NCBI RefSeq assembly: GCF_000281045.1
Contig: NW_008246124.1
Location: 307,629-355,175, forward strand
From: Saprolegnia diclina VS20
Lineage: Eukaryota
DNA length: 47,547 bases
Direction of reading: 5' to 3'
Shown here piece after piece: positions 47,103 to 47,547 of this stretch. The notes under the pieces are model-generated. The model was given only the letters and a program-made list of their open reading frames with translations, made no database searches and was not told the origin of the DNA. Every line of letters begins with the position of its first letter. The stretch's first letter is position 1. The position numbers and the translations under genes are program-made.

Positions 47103-47547
47103 CAGTGATTTCCCTCAAACAAAAAATAGATAATTTGTATCTATCTAACATCCAGTTTGATGCTTCTGAATGGATACCAACTCATTCTATCCATTCTTAT
47201 AAGTACTGTTATAAACAGATAAGCAATTCGTAATCAATATCGTCGCTTTCTAGTCCAACACCACAGCGGCAATGGCAATGGCACTGGTGCACGATCGATA
47301 GAGGCCACGTGCGCGATGTGTATAGTGTCAACACTGGAGAGAGGAGTCTCGTTCATACAACCATCTACACTGTGTACTAGATGATAAGGGTTGGCTTCTC
47401 AGATATCTATATAACATTAAGCTCGGCCAGAAACGTGTGTCACCTTGCATCCGTGAACACCAAGCATGATAAATGACCACACGAACGACATCAACAAACA
47501 CTTTCAATACCCCATCCACGCAGCCAAACGCCACTTTTATACTTCCT

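Noticed and set aside
47103..47547. AT-rich terminal segment and 68-aa minus-strand ORF
   Set aside because: No coding bias, domain, RNA-gene motif or repeat structure that I can support; it may belong to a feature beyond the window.
1..47547. CRISPR arrays, transposases, integrases, rRNA
   Set aside because: None seen; the repeats in the window are degenerate protein-domain repeats rather than DNA-level arrays.

Overview
GC-rich, gene-dense eukaryotic DNA with very short (40-57 nt) GT-AG introns. It is most likely an oomycete, probably Saprolegniales; this is inferred from intron style, CBEL-type PAN domains and a flagellar dynein. Left to right: (1) the 5' part of an acidic-tailed hypothetical protein gene (minus strand, runs off the window); (2) a membrane-anchored double-FKBP peptidyl-prolyl isomerase (minus); (3) one giant 39-exon gene (2461-32937, plus); (4) TAF11 (minus); (5) an axonemal inner-arm dynein heavy chain of DNAH1 type (plus); (6) tRNA-Arg(TCG) (minus). 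The ORF track splits gene 3 into dozens of pieces, but it can be spliced by hand into one uninterrupted frame of about 9,565 aa. That protein has a signal peptide, about 38 FN3 domains, 7 Calx-beta, 4 PAN/Apple, WSC, LamG-like, CUB, EGF, a long Pmp-like GG-repeat beta-helix, a Cys-rich stalk and a C-terminus of about 9 TM segments. The most notable signal is this roughly 1 MDa receptor-like protein, in which lectin-type modules are nested inside other domains (LamG inside WSC inside FN3; PAN pairs inside Calx-beta). All domain calls are by eye from motifs; no database search was run.
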